Source: an uncultured delta proteobacterium
Lineage (GTDB): Bacteria; Desulfobacterota; Binatia; UBA9968
DNA length: 64,000 bases
Assembly: GCA_963816145.1 (NCBI GenBank)
Contig: CAWFJP010000004.1
Location: forward strand, 64,001 to 128,000
Reading direction: 5' to 3'
The position numbers and the translations under genes are program-made. Below the pieces are notes generated by a model. It was not told the origin of the DNA. It did no database searches and saw only the letters and a list, made by a program, of their open reading frames with translations. Shown here in pieces: positions 10,049 through 19,223 of this stretch (within the stretch, counting starts at the first letter, position 1; the number at the start of each line of letters is the position of its first letter).

Positions 10049-10077
10049 TTGACAAGCCATCCGGCTTCGACTAGCTT
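10049..10077 (+). promoter_or_regulatory. Sigma70-type promoter TTGACA-N17-TAGCTT (leaderless start at 10084)
   Basis: Perfect -35, 17-nt spacer, 6 nt between -10 and ATG, no SD. Confidence 0.75.
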
Positions 10078-10083
10078 CAAACC

Positions 10084-10380
10084 ATGTCAGTTTTTGGAGC
10101 TCGAACGGCAAACGCTTTCGGCCGCGCCGCTTGCGCCGTCACTTTGCTGTTCTTGTTCTTCCTGCCGCTGCATGTTCATTTTTCGCTGTCGCCGCAGTTG
10201 AGCAACCAATGCAGTTGCTTGCAGGGCGCGCGCGCGCAGTTCGTCGTCGCCGACAAAGCTCCGACGGTTGTGCCGGTCCCGCAATTTGCGGTTCTGCTCG
10301 AACCGCAGGTTTGCGCTTGGAGTTCTACCGCATCGCATTGCCAGTATGTCCGTGGCCCGCCTCTCTCAGTAGCCGTTTAG
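10084..10380 (+). CDS. RGPP leader/arrest peptide uORF 1 (DUF2946-like, HxH/CxC type)
   Basis: 98 aa; hydrophobic segment, HVH, CSCLQG, 44 aa, RGPP; paralogous to 10918 and 19382. Confidence 0.8.
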   Translation: MSVFGARTANAFGRAACAVTLLFLFFLPLHVHFSLSPQLSNQCSCLQGARAQFVVADKAPTVVPVPQFAVLLEPQVCAWSSTASHCQYVRGPPLSVAV

Positions 10381-10467
10381 TTCGACAATTTCAGCGATAC
10401 TAGTGTGTTCTCGGTGGCGTGTGCGCAAGCCGAGGCGAGTTGTTATCTATCGAGGGAGGGGCTTGTC

Positions 10468-10902
10468 ATGAACTTTTCTGTTGTTCGGACACCGCTTGTC
10501 GTGGTGTCTGCGGCTTTTACGTTTCTGTTGTTTCTATCGGAGCGAGGTTGGGGGCAAAGTACCGAGCTTGAATCGCTGCGCGCGCTCGTCAAGGGCATGG
10601 AACAGCAGCTGCAACAGGCTTTGCAGCGCATCGATCAGCTGGAAAAAGAAAAAGGGTCGACGTCAGTAAGGGTCGAGCAAGTCGAAAAATCAATTCAGGC
10701 GGTGCAAAGCGCGCCGACGGCGCTCAATCCAGCAATCACACCGATCCAACCGCTTGTCCCGGAGCTATGTCAACGAAACTCTTCTTATTTTACCGCATTA
10801 ACAAGTATTCACCGATGGAGGCCTGAGACAAAAAGCACTCCGGTCGAGGCATCCTCTCAGCTACGCGCGGACTCGTTGAATTTGACAAGTCTTAATTCCT
10901 AG
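10468..10902 (+). pseudogene. Truncated paralog of the outer-membrane porin gene at 19787 (signal peptide plus coiled coil only)
   Basis: QSTELESLRA...SAPTALNP matches the 19787 protein; homology stops at ~10731; strong SD GAGGGAGGGG at 10452-10461. Confidence 0.75.
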
Positions 10903-10910
10903 GCTAACAA
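10882..10910 (+). promoter_or_regulatory. Sigma70-type promoter TTGACA-N17-TAACAA (leaderless start at 10918)
   Basis: Perfect -35, 17-nt spacer, weaker -10, 7 nt to ATG, no SD. Confidence 0.6.
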
Positions 10911-10917
10911 GTCGGCT

Positions 10918-11214
10918 ATGGATCTCGCGCAGCTCTCGTTTCAAATAAAGCATAGACAGCGCTGCGTCGGCGTCTTATTGCTGCTAACCGTCTTTTTCCT
11001 GCTGTTTCATTTTCACCCCGCCACAGCGTCAACCGCACAGATTAATGGCGAATGTACCTGCCTGCATGGTACCCGGACCCAAATCGGAATTGCCCCGGTC
11101 ATGGTCCAGTTACCACTGCCCGTGCTGTTAGTTAGGTATTATTCATTCGAACCTCGGTTTGTGTCATTAAATACTGTTCGTTTCCGATCCATTCGCGGTC
11201 CGCCGGTTTTTTAG
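10918..11214 (+). CDS. RGPP leader/arrest peptide uORF 2
   Basis: 98 aa; hydrophobic segment, HFH, CTCLHG, 44 aa, RGPP. Confidence 0.8.
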   Translation: MDLAQLSFQIKHRQRCVGVLLLLTVFFLLFHFHPATASTAQINGECTCLHGTRTQIGIAPVMVQLPLPVLLVRYYSFEPRFVSLNTVRFRSIRGPPVF

Positions 11215-11293
11215 TCTCTCCGTCACCGTTTATTTTTCAGCTGTTTCTTGAAGATAGGAGCCACCTCGACCGTCCTCGGTCGCCCGCGGCCCG

Positions 11294-11328
11294 TTCTCCA
11301 TCCATTGGCCCTTAGCCGATTGGAGGAA
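11294..11328 (+). promoter_or_regulatory. Hairpin predicted to occlude SD GGAGGA of the MerC-domain gene
   Basis: TTCTCCATCCATTGGC-CCTTA-GCCGATTGGAGGAA pairs by eye with two single-base bulges. Confidence 0.55.
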
Positions 11329-11333
11329 TATTC

Positions 11334-11819
11334 ATGAATCAAAATGTCTCTGCCGTGGCGCCCCGCTCGTGGATCGATGCCCTCGGCAGCACGTTTTCAA
11401 TTGCCTGCGCCATGCAGTGTTCGGTTTTTCCGCTGCTCATCGGCGTGTTGCCGCTGTTAGGTTTGGGTTTTCTCTTAGGCGACGGCGTCGAGAAAGTCTT
11501 TCTGGGAACCTCAGTCGTGCTCGGCGTCAGCAGCTTCACTTGGGGATTTCGCTACCACCAACGTTTTTACGTCTTTGTTTTTTTGGTTTCGGCGTTAGCC
11601 TTGATCGGCGTCGGACGCTTTTGGGTTGACGACCGATACGAGACTCCAATCGTCGTCGCCGGAACGCTGGTTTTGGCCGCAGGCCATTTCCTCAATCGGC
11701 GACTATGCCGTCTTTGCGCCGAGTGCGACCGCCATGGAAGCGCGTCCGGCTCCCATGTCGCAAGCCATATGAGCACTGTCTCCGTTGCCAACGAAAGGAA
11801 CAACGATCATGAAGTCTAA
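11334..11819 (+). CDS. MerC-domain membrane protein
   Basis: WIDALGSTFSIACAMQC (MerC-like CxxxC), four TMs, GHFLN, C-terminal CRLCAEC and His residues. Confidence 0.8.
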   Translation: MNQNVSAVAPRSWIDALGSTFSIACAMQCSVFPLLIGVLPLLGLGFLLGDGVEKVFLGTSVVLGVSSFTWGFRYHQRFYVFVFLVSALALIGVGRFWVDDRYETPIVVAGTLVLAAGHFLNRRLCRLCAECDRHGSASGSHVASHMSTVSVANERNNDHEV

Positions 11820-12312
11820 GTTGATATTAGCTTTACTTTGTATCGGCCTGATCTCCCTGGGTTCACCCGCGGTGCATGTCTGCCGGATTATTCCCGGCTG
11901 GAGTGCGATTACCGTTGCTGGCGCTGCCAATGCTGCGGAAAAGATTCCGTCGCTTACCTGGGATAATCTCCGCAGGCTCAACCCGCAGTCGGGCAAAATG
12001 CCGGCGGACTTGAAGAAGCACGATGGTAACGTTGTGCGAGTTCCAGGTTTTATCATCCCGCTCGAAGACAATGACCAGGAAGTTTCAGAGTTTCTCCTCG
12101 TGCCCTACCCGTTGGCGTGCATTCATGTGCCGGCTCCGCCGCCCAATCAAATTGTCCATGTGAAAATGGAGAAGGGGAAGAAGGTTCCTTTCGATTTTTA
12201 CGCGCCGGTTTGGGCGCAAGGACGGCTCAAGATTCAACACGAGCAAAACATGTACACCGACACGTCGTACTTCATGAGCGGTCTCTCGATAGAACCGTAC
12301 CGAGAACGATAG
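11809..12312 (+). CDS. DUF3299 protein (ZrgD/PA4066-like)
   Basis: VRVPGFIIPLE...EFLLVPYPLACIHVPAPPPNQIVHV; AAGGA RBS. Confidence 0.88.
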   Translation: MKSKLILALLCIGLISLGSPAVHVCRIIPGWSAITVAGAANAAEKIPSLTWDNLRRLNPQSGKMPADLKKHDGNVVRVPGFIIPLEDNDQEVSEFLLVPYPLACIHVPAPPPNQIVHVKMEKGKKVPFDFYAPVWAQGRLKIQHEQNMYTDTSYFMSGLSIEPYRER

Positions 12313-12321
12313 GAGTGAGCC

Positions 12322-12891
12322 ATGTTCTATAAGACATTGTTAATTTCGGCACTCGGCATCTTTGCGCTGGGCGTTAATAAAGGAACCGCAGCTGAACAGC
12401 GCCATGCCGAAGCTCATGTGCACGGCATGGCGGAAATCAACATCGTAGTCGAAGGCAAGAGAGTTGTTGTGGAATTCCACACGCCCTCGGAAGGTCTAAT
12501 GGGTTTTGAGCATGAAGCCAAGACTGACGCAGAAAAGAAAAAACGTGACGCGGCAATGAAAATCGTCAACCAGCGGTCTAACGAACTGATCGTTTTCGAC
12601 AAACGAAGCGCTTGCAAATCGCGTAGTGCTACAGCTCGGATCGCGCGCGGTGAGGACCACGATACTAAAGACAAAACGCACGCGGCGGAAAATCAAAAGA
12701 TCAGCGGCGAGCACAGCGAACTCCAAGCCGTGTACCAATTTGAGTGTGATCGGTCGCCGCTAGGGACCAAAGTGAGTTTTGGCGTCTCGAAGCTGTTTCC
12801 TGACATTCACGAGATCAAAGTACAGATCTTGACCGACACCAAGCAAACCGGAGTAACGATCAAGAACGACAAAGGGAACGTCGAGCTTTAA
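12322..12891 (+). CDS. zrgA: DUF2796 periplasmic zinc-binding protein (ZrgA/PA4063-like)
   Basis: Signal peptide, HAEAHVHG, GFEH, HSEL...YQFEC motifs. Confidence 0.85.
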   Translation: MFYKTLLISALGIFALGVNKGTAAEQRHAEAHVHGMAEINIVVEGKRVVVEFHTPSEGLMGFEHEAKTDAEKKKRDAAMKIVNQRSNELIVFDKRSACKSRSATARIARGEDHDTKDKTHAAENQKISGEHSELQAVYQFECDRSPLGTKVSFGVSKLFPDIHEIKVQILTDTKQTGVTIKNDKGNVEL

Positions 12892-12897
12892 CCGGCT

Positions 12898-13575
12898 ATG
12901 GATTACGCCGTTGACATCGAGCAATTGATTTTTTCCTACCGTGGATCGAAGGCCGTGCTGCGTATTCCCGCTCTTACGATCGCCAAGGGTGAAAAAATTT
13001 TCCTCCATGGACCGAGCGGCAGCGGCAAAACCACGCTGCTCGGAATTCTCGCCGGTGTTCTCAGGGCGACCGAAGGACAGGTGACTATCTTGGGGCAAGA
13101 TCTCGCTCGAATGTCGGGACCCCGCCGCGATGCCCTTCGCGGTTCGCACATCGGTTACATCTTTCAGATGTTCAATCTAATTCCTTATCTCAATGTGCTG
13201 GAAAACATCATCCTGCCCTGCCGCATCAGCCCGGAACGCCAACGACGCTTGAACGGCCGATCGCAACACGATGAAGCCAAGAAATTAGCGGACCGATTGG
13301 GGATCGGGCCGATTGTAAGCGACAACGTCATCGATCTGAGCGTCGGCCAGCAGCAACGGGTGGCGGCGGCGCGCGCCTTGATGGGCGCTCCTGAGCTGAT
13401 CATCGCCGATGAACCGACATCGTCGTTGGACGAAGATCATCGCGAGGGATTTCTTCAACTGTTGTTCGATCAGTGCCGCGAGATCGGCTCGACGTTGATT
13501 TTTGTCAGCCACGATAGACGGATGATGCCGCTCTTCGATCGCGCCGTGTCGTTAGCAGAGATCAATAAGGTTTAA
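12898..13575 (+). CDS. ABC ATP-binding protein (ZrgB/PA4064-like, LolD-type)
   Basis: GPSGSGKTT, FQMFNLIPYL, LSVGQQQRVAAARAL, IADEPTS. Confidence 0.92.
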   Translation: MDYAVDIEQLIFSYRGSKAVLRIPALTIAKGEKIFLHGPSGSGKTTLLGILAGVLRATEGQVTILGQDLARMSGPRRDALRGSHIGYIFQMFNLIPYLNVLENIILPCRISPERQRRLNGRSQHDEAKKLADRLGIGPIVSDNVIDLSVGQQQRVAAARALMGAPELIIADEPTSSLDEDHREGFLQLLFDQCREIGSTLIFVSHDRRMMPLFDRAVSLAEINKV

Positions 13576-13576
13576 C

Positions 13577-14842
13577 ATGTTTCTGCTCTCGCTCGCATAC
13601 CGCTCATTGGCCAATCGCAAACTGACGACGATCGTTACATTGTTGTCGCTTGGACTGAGCGTCAGCCTTTGGATTGGGATCGAACAGATTCGTAGCGGCG
13701 CGCGCGAAAGTTTTTCCAACACTATCAGCCAAACCGATCTGATCGTCGGCGCGCGCGGCAGTCCGATCCAGTTGCTGCTCTACACGGTATTTCACATCGG
13801 TACGCCGACGGCGAACGTCACTTACAAGTCATACAAGGAAATCAAAGATCACAAAGCGGTGCTGTGGACGATTCCCATCTCTCTGGGCGACAGCCACCGC
13901 GGATACCGCGTAGTTGGCACAAACGAAGATTTTTACCAGCATTACCGTTACCGGCAAGACCAGCAATTGGAGTTTGGCCAAGGGCGCGCGCCGGCTGGGA
14001 TCTTTGATGTGGCGCTCGGCAGCGATGTGGCGCAGGCGTTGCGCTACGGTCTGGGAGCAAAGATCGTTGTCACTCACGGCATCACCAACAGCCGCGGCAT
14101 CATGGATCACGACGATAAGCCGTTTACAGTTGTCGGTGTCTTGCGGCCCACGCGCACCCCGATCGACCGTTCTCTTTATGTGACACTCGAAGGTATCGAA
14201 GCGATGCACATCGACTGGAAACAGGGCGCGCCGCCGATCAAAGGACAAGAAACCCCGGCGGAGAAAATCAAAAAGGAAGACATTAAAATTGACCAGATCA
14301 CGGCGTTTTTTCTGCGCACGAAGTCACGGGTGCAAACCCTCGCGCTGCAACGGGAGATCACCAATTTCCCTGACGAGCCGCTGACGGCGGTGGTTCCCGG
14401 TGTCGCTCTGAGCGAGCTTTGGACCGGTATCAGTTACGGCGAGCAAGTGCTCCAAGTGGTGGCGATCTTTGTCGTGATCGTCGGACTCCTCGGCATGTTG
14501 ATGTCGCTCTACACATCTTTGAACGAGCGGCGGCGGGAAATTGCCATTCTCAGGGCCTTGGGAGTTGGGCCGGTGAAAGTAATTTCCCTCTTGATATTCG
14601 AGTCGGGGCTGCTGACCTTAATCGGTACGGTTTTGGGGGTGGCTATAGTTTATGGTTCTGTTGCATTGTTGCAGCCGACGATTGAGCAGCAATTCGGCCT
14701 GCACATCCCGCTTAGGCCGCTCACGGGCACGCAGTATAGTTACCTGGTTTATGTAGTCTTTGGCGGAATTGCCGTCGGTCTCATTCCAGCCTGGAAAGCT
14801 TACCGAAATGCCCTCTCAGATGGCTTAAGCGTGCGAATTTAG
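13577..14842 (+). CDS. ABC permease, MacB/FtsX type (ZrgC/PA4065-like)
   Basis: DLIVGARGS, PISLGDSHRGYRVVGT, ERRREIAILRALG. Confidence 0.92.
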   Translation: MFLLSLAYRSLANRKLTTIVTLLSLGLSVSLWIGIEQIRSGARESFSNTISQTDLIVGARGSPIQLLLYTVFHIGTPTANVTYKSYKEIKDHKAVLWTIPISLGDSHRGYRVVGTNEDFYQHYRYRQDQQLEFGQGRAPAGIFDVALGSDVAQALRYGLGAKIVVTHGITNSRGIMDHDDKPFTVVGVLRPTRTPIDRSLYVTLEGIEAMHIDWKQGAPPIKGQETPAEKIKKEDIKIDQITAFFLRTKSRVQTLALQREITNFPDEPLTAVVPGVALSELWTGISYGEQVLQVVAIFVVIVGLLGMLMSLYTSLNERRREIAILRALGVGPVKVISLLIFESGLLTLIGTVLGVAIVYGSVALLQPTIEQQFGLHIPLRPLTGTQYSYLVYVVFGGIAVGLIPAWKAYRNALSDGLSVRI

Positions 14843-14945
14843 ATTTGCAGCGATGGGGATAGTGAAAAAAACTTCCTTGATGACGCTGCCGGTGCGGTAT
14901 CGTCGGAGGGTATACGAGTCTTGCTTATGATTTTGGAGATTTGAA

Positions 14946-15437
14946 ATGGAAAAACAAGCCGTCATTTTATTTCTGCTGTTAAGTTTGTTGCTCATCTCGA
15001 AAGGAATGAATTTTGCCGACGAATCCATTCCTGTTCGGCAACCGATTCGCGATAAGTTGGCGAACGCAGCGCGCCATTTTCTCGGGATGCCATATCGCTG
15101 GGGAGGGATGTCGGAGCGTCGCGGCATGGATTGCTCGGGGTTGGTCAAAGCGCTATTTGCCACATTACACATTGATTTGCCCAGGACTTCCCGCGAACAA
15201 TATCACGCCGGGGAAAATGTTGCTGTCGAAAACCTGCAAGCCGGCGACCTGCTCTTCTTTTCATCTGACGGCGTGACGCCGAATCACGTCGGTCTTTATA
15301 TCGGCGACAATCGTTTTGTTCACGCCGAGAAAAAAGCCGGACACGTCATCATCACGGAACTGAATCAGCCTTGGTACGTTAAGCATTTCCTGGGAGCACG
15401 CCGTATTGTGGAATCGGAAGAAGGGCGACGCACATGA
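14946..15437 (+). CDS. NlpC/P60 (C40) peptidoglycan endopeptidase
   Basis: GMPYRWGG, MDCSG, LPRTS, GDLLFF, HVGLYIG, HA. Confidence 0.93.
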   Translation: MEKQAVILFLLLSLLLISKGMNFADESIPVRQPIRDKLANAARHFLGMPYRWGGMSERRGMDCSGLVKALFATLHIDLPRTSREQYHAGENVAVENLQAGDLLFFSSDGVTPNHVGLYIGDNRFVHAEKKAGHVIITELNQPWYVKHFLGARRIVESEEGRRT

Positions 15438-15570
15438 AACAAATGGATCGGTTTTAGTGTTACGTGATCTATGTTTCAAGCCTGACGATAATACAGCATA
15501 GACAGGAATCGCGGCCTGGGAGAAGTTTAGGGAAAGTCAAAAAAGTAAACCCTCTGGAGACGCGCTGCGA

Positions 15571-15870
15571 GTGGCATTCGGATTTAGATTAATTACTTTC
15601 GCTGGGCTTTGCTTAATTTGGTCGGTGCACATCGCTTGGGCGGCCGGCTCTTGTCATATCCACCCGCTGGGAGTCGATATCAAGGAAGCCGAATCGAGCG
15701 CATTCGAGTGGTACAGCTCTCTTGAGCAGTGCGAGGTGGCGAATAAAAAGTTTTTCGGCGGAAGAGGAATGTGTCATTGTTTTCCTGACGGATTTATCAA
15801 CGGAGAAGGCGATGACTGGCGGTCTCGGCTGAGAGATCACGGCACGCTGCAAGAGCCGCCGTCGGAATGA
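15571..15870 (+). CDS. Small secreted Cys/His-rich hypothetical protein
   Basis: Signal peptide (AWA), CHIH...C...CHC; GGAG upstream of GTG. Confidence 0.6.
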   Translation: MAFGFRLITFAGLCLIWSVHIAWAAGSCHIHPLGVDIKEAESSAFEWYSSLEQCEVANKKFFGGRGMCHCFPDGFINGEGDDWRSRLRDHGTLQEPPSE

Positions 15871-15938
15871 TCATTGATGTCACAAACGCACGGTCGTCTA
15901 CCCTGGGACCGGATGCTGACGGAACGCCTCGATGGAAA

Positions 15939-16556
15939 ATGAAGCACCCATCTAGCATGACCTTCATGCTTGGAATCGGATTGATCGCTGCATTATTCGG
16001 TGCGGTCGCTTGCACGCCAGCAATTGTCACTTCTCTACCGCAGACCGTTCGTCGAATCGCCGTTCTTCCACCCTTCCAACGTGGCGCCGTCAATGCGCGC
16101 ACTGACGCAGACAACGGTCTACCTGTTTTACAAAACATGACTGTGGGAGATGTTCTCGCCCATCAAGCACGCATCAGACTTGCGGAAAAAGGATTCGAGG
16201 TTCTCAGTCCTGGTGCAGTGAAAGTGGCAACCAAGGATCGTGTGCCCACTAGCCCAGAGATGGCGGCGCAGATTCTGCGCGAGGCCAACCTTGACGCGGT
16301 GGCGCTGTACATCGAAATACGGCGTTGGGACCCAACGCCAAGCGAGAGGGGAATGAAAGCCGACGGTGTAATCGTCGCGTTAGACGTGACGATGGTCGAT
16401 CCGAGGACAGGCGCGATATTGTGGCAGCTACACCGTCCATCCCGGCCGGTTCCGCTTTACGGAGTCGTATTGACCGGGCAAGCTAATGTCTTCGTGGCCG
16501 AGACGATCATGCGGGAGGCGCTTGCATTGGTTAAGTTGTCGCAGCCGAATGGTTGA
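15939..16556 (+). CDS. Lipoprotein, DUF799/LpoB-like fold (start 15939 or 15867)
   Basis: Lipobox AVAC, RRIAVLPPF, VALDVTMVDPRTGAILW. Confidence 0.7.
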   Translation: MKHPSSMTFMLGIGLIAALFGAVACTPAIVTSLPQTVRRIAVLPPFQRGAVNARTDADNGLPVLQNMTVGDVLAHQARIRLAEKGFEVLSPGAVKVATKDRVPTSPEMAAQILREANLDAVALYIEIRRWDPTPSERGMKADGVIVALDVTMVDPRTGAILWQLHRPSRPVPLYGVVLTGQANVFVAETIMREALALVKLSQPNG

Positions 16557-16620
16557 ACATACGTCCATTAGCCGCTAATGGACCATGCTTTATGAACTCA
16601 ACACAGGTTATCCATGGGAC

Positions 16621-19186
16621 TCAATGGCCGGTGTTTTCTTCGGAGCCTGAAAGTTTATTAAGGCGCCGCTGGATCTCGTCGAATTGCTGGCGCAGCGCTT
16701 CGTACTGCTGGCGGAGCATTGCCAAATCCCGTTGATCCTGGGATTTCTCCTTCGTCTTGGAATCGCTATCTCCAGCCAATACAACTTCAGGCACCAACTC
16801 ACGCACGACAGTTTCGTAGCGACGAGCAGCGCCATCATCGCGCCCAGCGGCTGCGACGGCATAGTGATAGAGCGCTGTCCCGGCCCGACGAGCAGCGGTA
16901 ATTTCCGGCGCTGTCGGCCAAAGCGGATCGGCAGCGCCTGCCAAGCGCGTTTCAAGAATATCATAAAACGAAGCTAGACTTTCTCCGGTGAACCAATCCG
17001 CGTTGCCAAATGTGGCGGCGACACGGGTCAAGCGCGGAGCCAGGAATTCAATCAGCGGGCGATCGTCGGTATTAAGCGGAGCGCTGCCGAACAAATCAGC
17101 TACAGCTCTGAGATTTCCGGCGTAGAGCATCGACAGACCTCGCGGAGTCGAAAGAACCGGATCCTTGCTCCATTCGGGCAGTCGCAACGCGCGCTCACGG
17201 ATGCGCGCGAGGTCAAGCCGTCGCGATGTTAGCTGGCCGACCAAACCAACCACTGGAAGCTCCGCATAAAAATCATCGCGCCAGAGACTCACTTGCGGAA
17301 ATACAGCAAGAAACGTTCGCGCGATAATATCAAATTCCCCGCGGGTAAGTTGATAGAGCGGCAGCCACTGACAAAAGATTCCGTCCGGCGCGAGACGACG
17401 GGCCGCGGTTTCATACATCTCTCGCGCGTAAAGGTTTCCAGTCCCCGGATTCCAGGGTACGAACAGGTCGGAGACAATCACGTCGAAACTGTCTCGGCTG
17501 GTCGCGAGATAGCGGCGACCGTCGTCGAGCACGAGGCGTACATCGGAGCGCTCCAATAATTTTGCGTTCCAAGACGAGAAGTGCGCGCGCGCCGCGTTCG
17601 CGACTTCCGGCACGAGTTCAACAACCGTTGTATCTTCTACGCCAAGGGCAGGTGCTGCGCTTGCGCTGATGCCGGTGGCAAGGCCGATGAAGGCAACACG
17701 GCGCGGATTGGGATGGAGCAGCAACGGGAGCAGCCCCTGGCGCCGCTCGCCAACCGCTGCCGCGCTGCGCCCCAGTACGTAGTAGTTATCGAGCCGGAGT
17801 TGAAGATCTCCGCCCGCCTCCGTCACAGCGACAACGCCGCTCGCTCCCTCGATCATCTCGCGTAACGTTTCGCCTTTCGAACCGAGATGTACGAGCGGCG
17901 CTCGCAGTGGATTGGCAATCAACATGGCGAGGAGAACAACGTAAGCGAGCGGTCTAAACCGGCTTTGCGACGGCGCAAGTAGATCAGCGAGCAGAACATA
18001 CACCACCGCCGCGACGAGCAAGCTCCCGCGAACGCCGAGCGCCGGGATTATTAAGAAGCCCATGGCAACCGCGCCGAGGACTCCACCGAAAAGGTTTGCC
18101 GCCGAAAGATCTCCCAGCGGACGAGCTACACTTATCCGCTCGCCCCAGGCGGCCCAGAGGGCGGGCAAAACCATTCCGGACGCAATCGCCGCGGGGCCAA
18201 CTGTTATTGCGGTAAGTGCTATGATCCGTAAAACATATTCCAGCAACCCAGCGCGCATGCCCAAATAGGTGAGCCCATCCGTCCAGTACACGAAGAGCCA
18301 CAGCCCGCCGATGGTTGCACCCGCTGCAACCACCAACCCCATCGCTGCGACGGTATTCGGTGCAGCGCGACGCAGTAGAAACGCCGCCAGTGCCGCGCCC
18401 GCCGCGATCGCTAAAAGAAAAACAAGGATCACCGTCGTGAAGGAATAGACTGAGTTATGTAAAACTTGGGCAAAGAGATGTGTCCAAAGCACTTCGAGCC
18501 CGAGGCCCAAGGCGCCCGTACCGGCGGCGACGAGCCGCAAACGCGCGCGTTGCGGCGGCGGAAACATGGCTTTCCTTGACCGATTCGGTTATGGATGCTT
18601 TCTCACGGCGATCGCCGATCGCGATTGCCAGGAGTCCGGCCAGCAAACTGGCGCCGGCGGCGATGACGTAGCTCGCCCGCACACCGACGAAGATGGGAAG
18701 GCCAAAGCCCGCGGCTGCCGCGCCGAGCACAGCGCCTGCGGTGTTGATGGCGTAAAGGAGACCGCCGCGTTGTCCCACAGTCTCGACGCTGGCAAGAGCT
18801 TGGGCAAGAGTCGGAAGCGTTGCACCTAGACAGAATGTTGTCGGTAGAATCGCCAACGCGACGGCAGCAACGCGTCCCGCGAGTCCAATGTTGGAAAGCC
18901 AAACCTGAGCATTATCGAGGGCCAGTACCCGGAAAATAGTGAGCGACCACAGTGCGCCTCCTGCGGCGCCAAATTCGAGATATCCGTACAATCGCACTGG
19001 TCGTGACGAAGCCCGTCGCGCATAGACTGAGCCAAGGCCCAAGCCGGCAAAATAGCAGGCGAGGACGGTCGCGGCGGTGAAAGCGGTTGTGCCAAGGACG
19101 AGCCCGGCCGAGCGCATCCATAGCATTTCCAAGGCCAGAGCGGCTGCGCCTGAAAGAGCGAAACAGAGCCAAAGCATAAACCGCAT
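16621..19186 (-). pseudogene. Fused membrane/spermidine-synthase-like protein, split by a frameshift near 18567 (frames 19186-18455 and 18567-16621)
   Basis: SGAAALALEMLWMR and LYAINTAG membrane repeats; IGLATG, VELVPEV, DDGRRYL, DVIVSD, TDDRP SAM-fold motifs. Confidence 0.75.
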
Positions 19187-19194
19187 GCTACGTT

Positions 19195-19223
19195 GATTTA
19201 TGTTGTACCACAGCAAATGTAAA
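19195..19223 (-). promoter_or_regulatory. Promoter TTTACA-N17-TAAATC with a palindromic, Zur-box-like spacer
   Basis: 8 nt from -10 to ATG 19186; TGTTGT-ACC-ACAGCA at 19201-19215. Confidence 0.45.

Noticed and set aside
10054-10067. AAGCC-N4-GGCTT palindrome in the uORF1 promoter as a shared operator
   Set aside because: Not conserved at the other two uORF promoters and short enough to arise by chance.
9875-10111. Minus-strand ORF with CRFC as a fourth leader peptide
   Set aside because: No hydrophobic segment, HxH or RGPP/RAPP, and it overlaps the uORF1 promoter.
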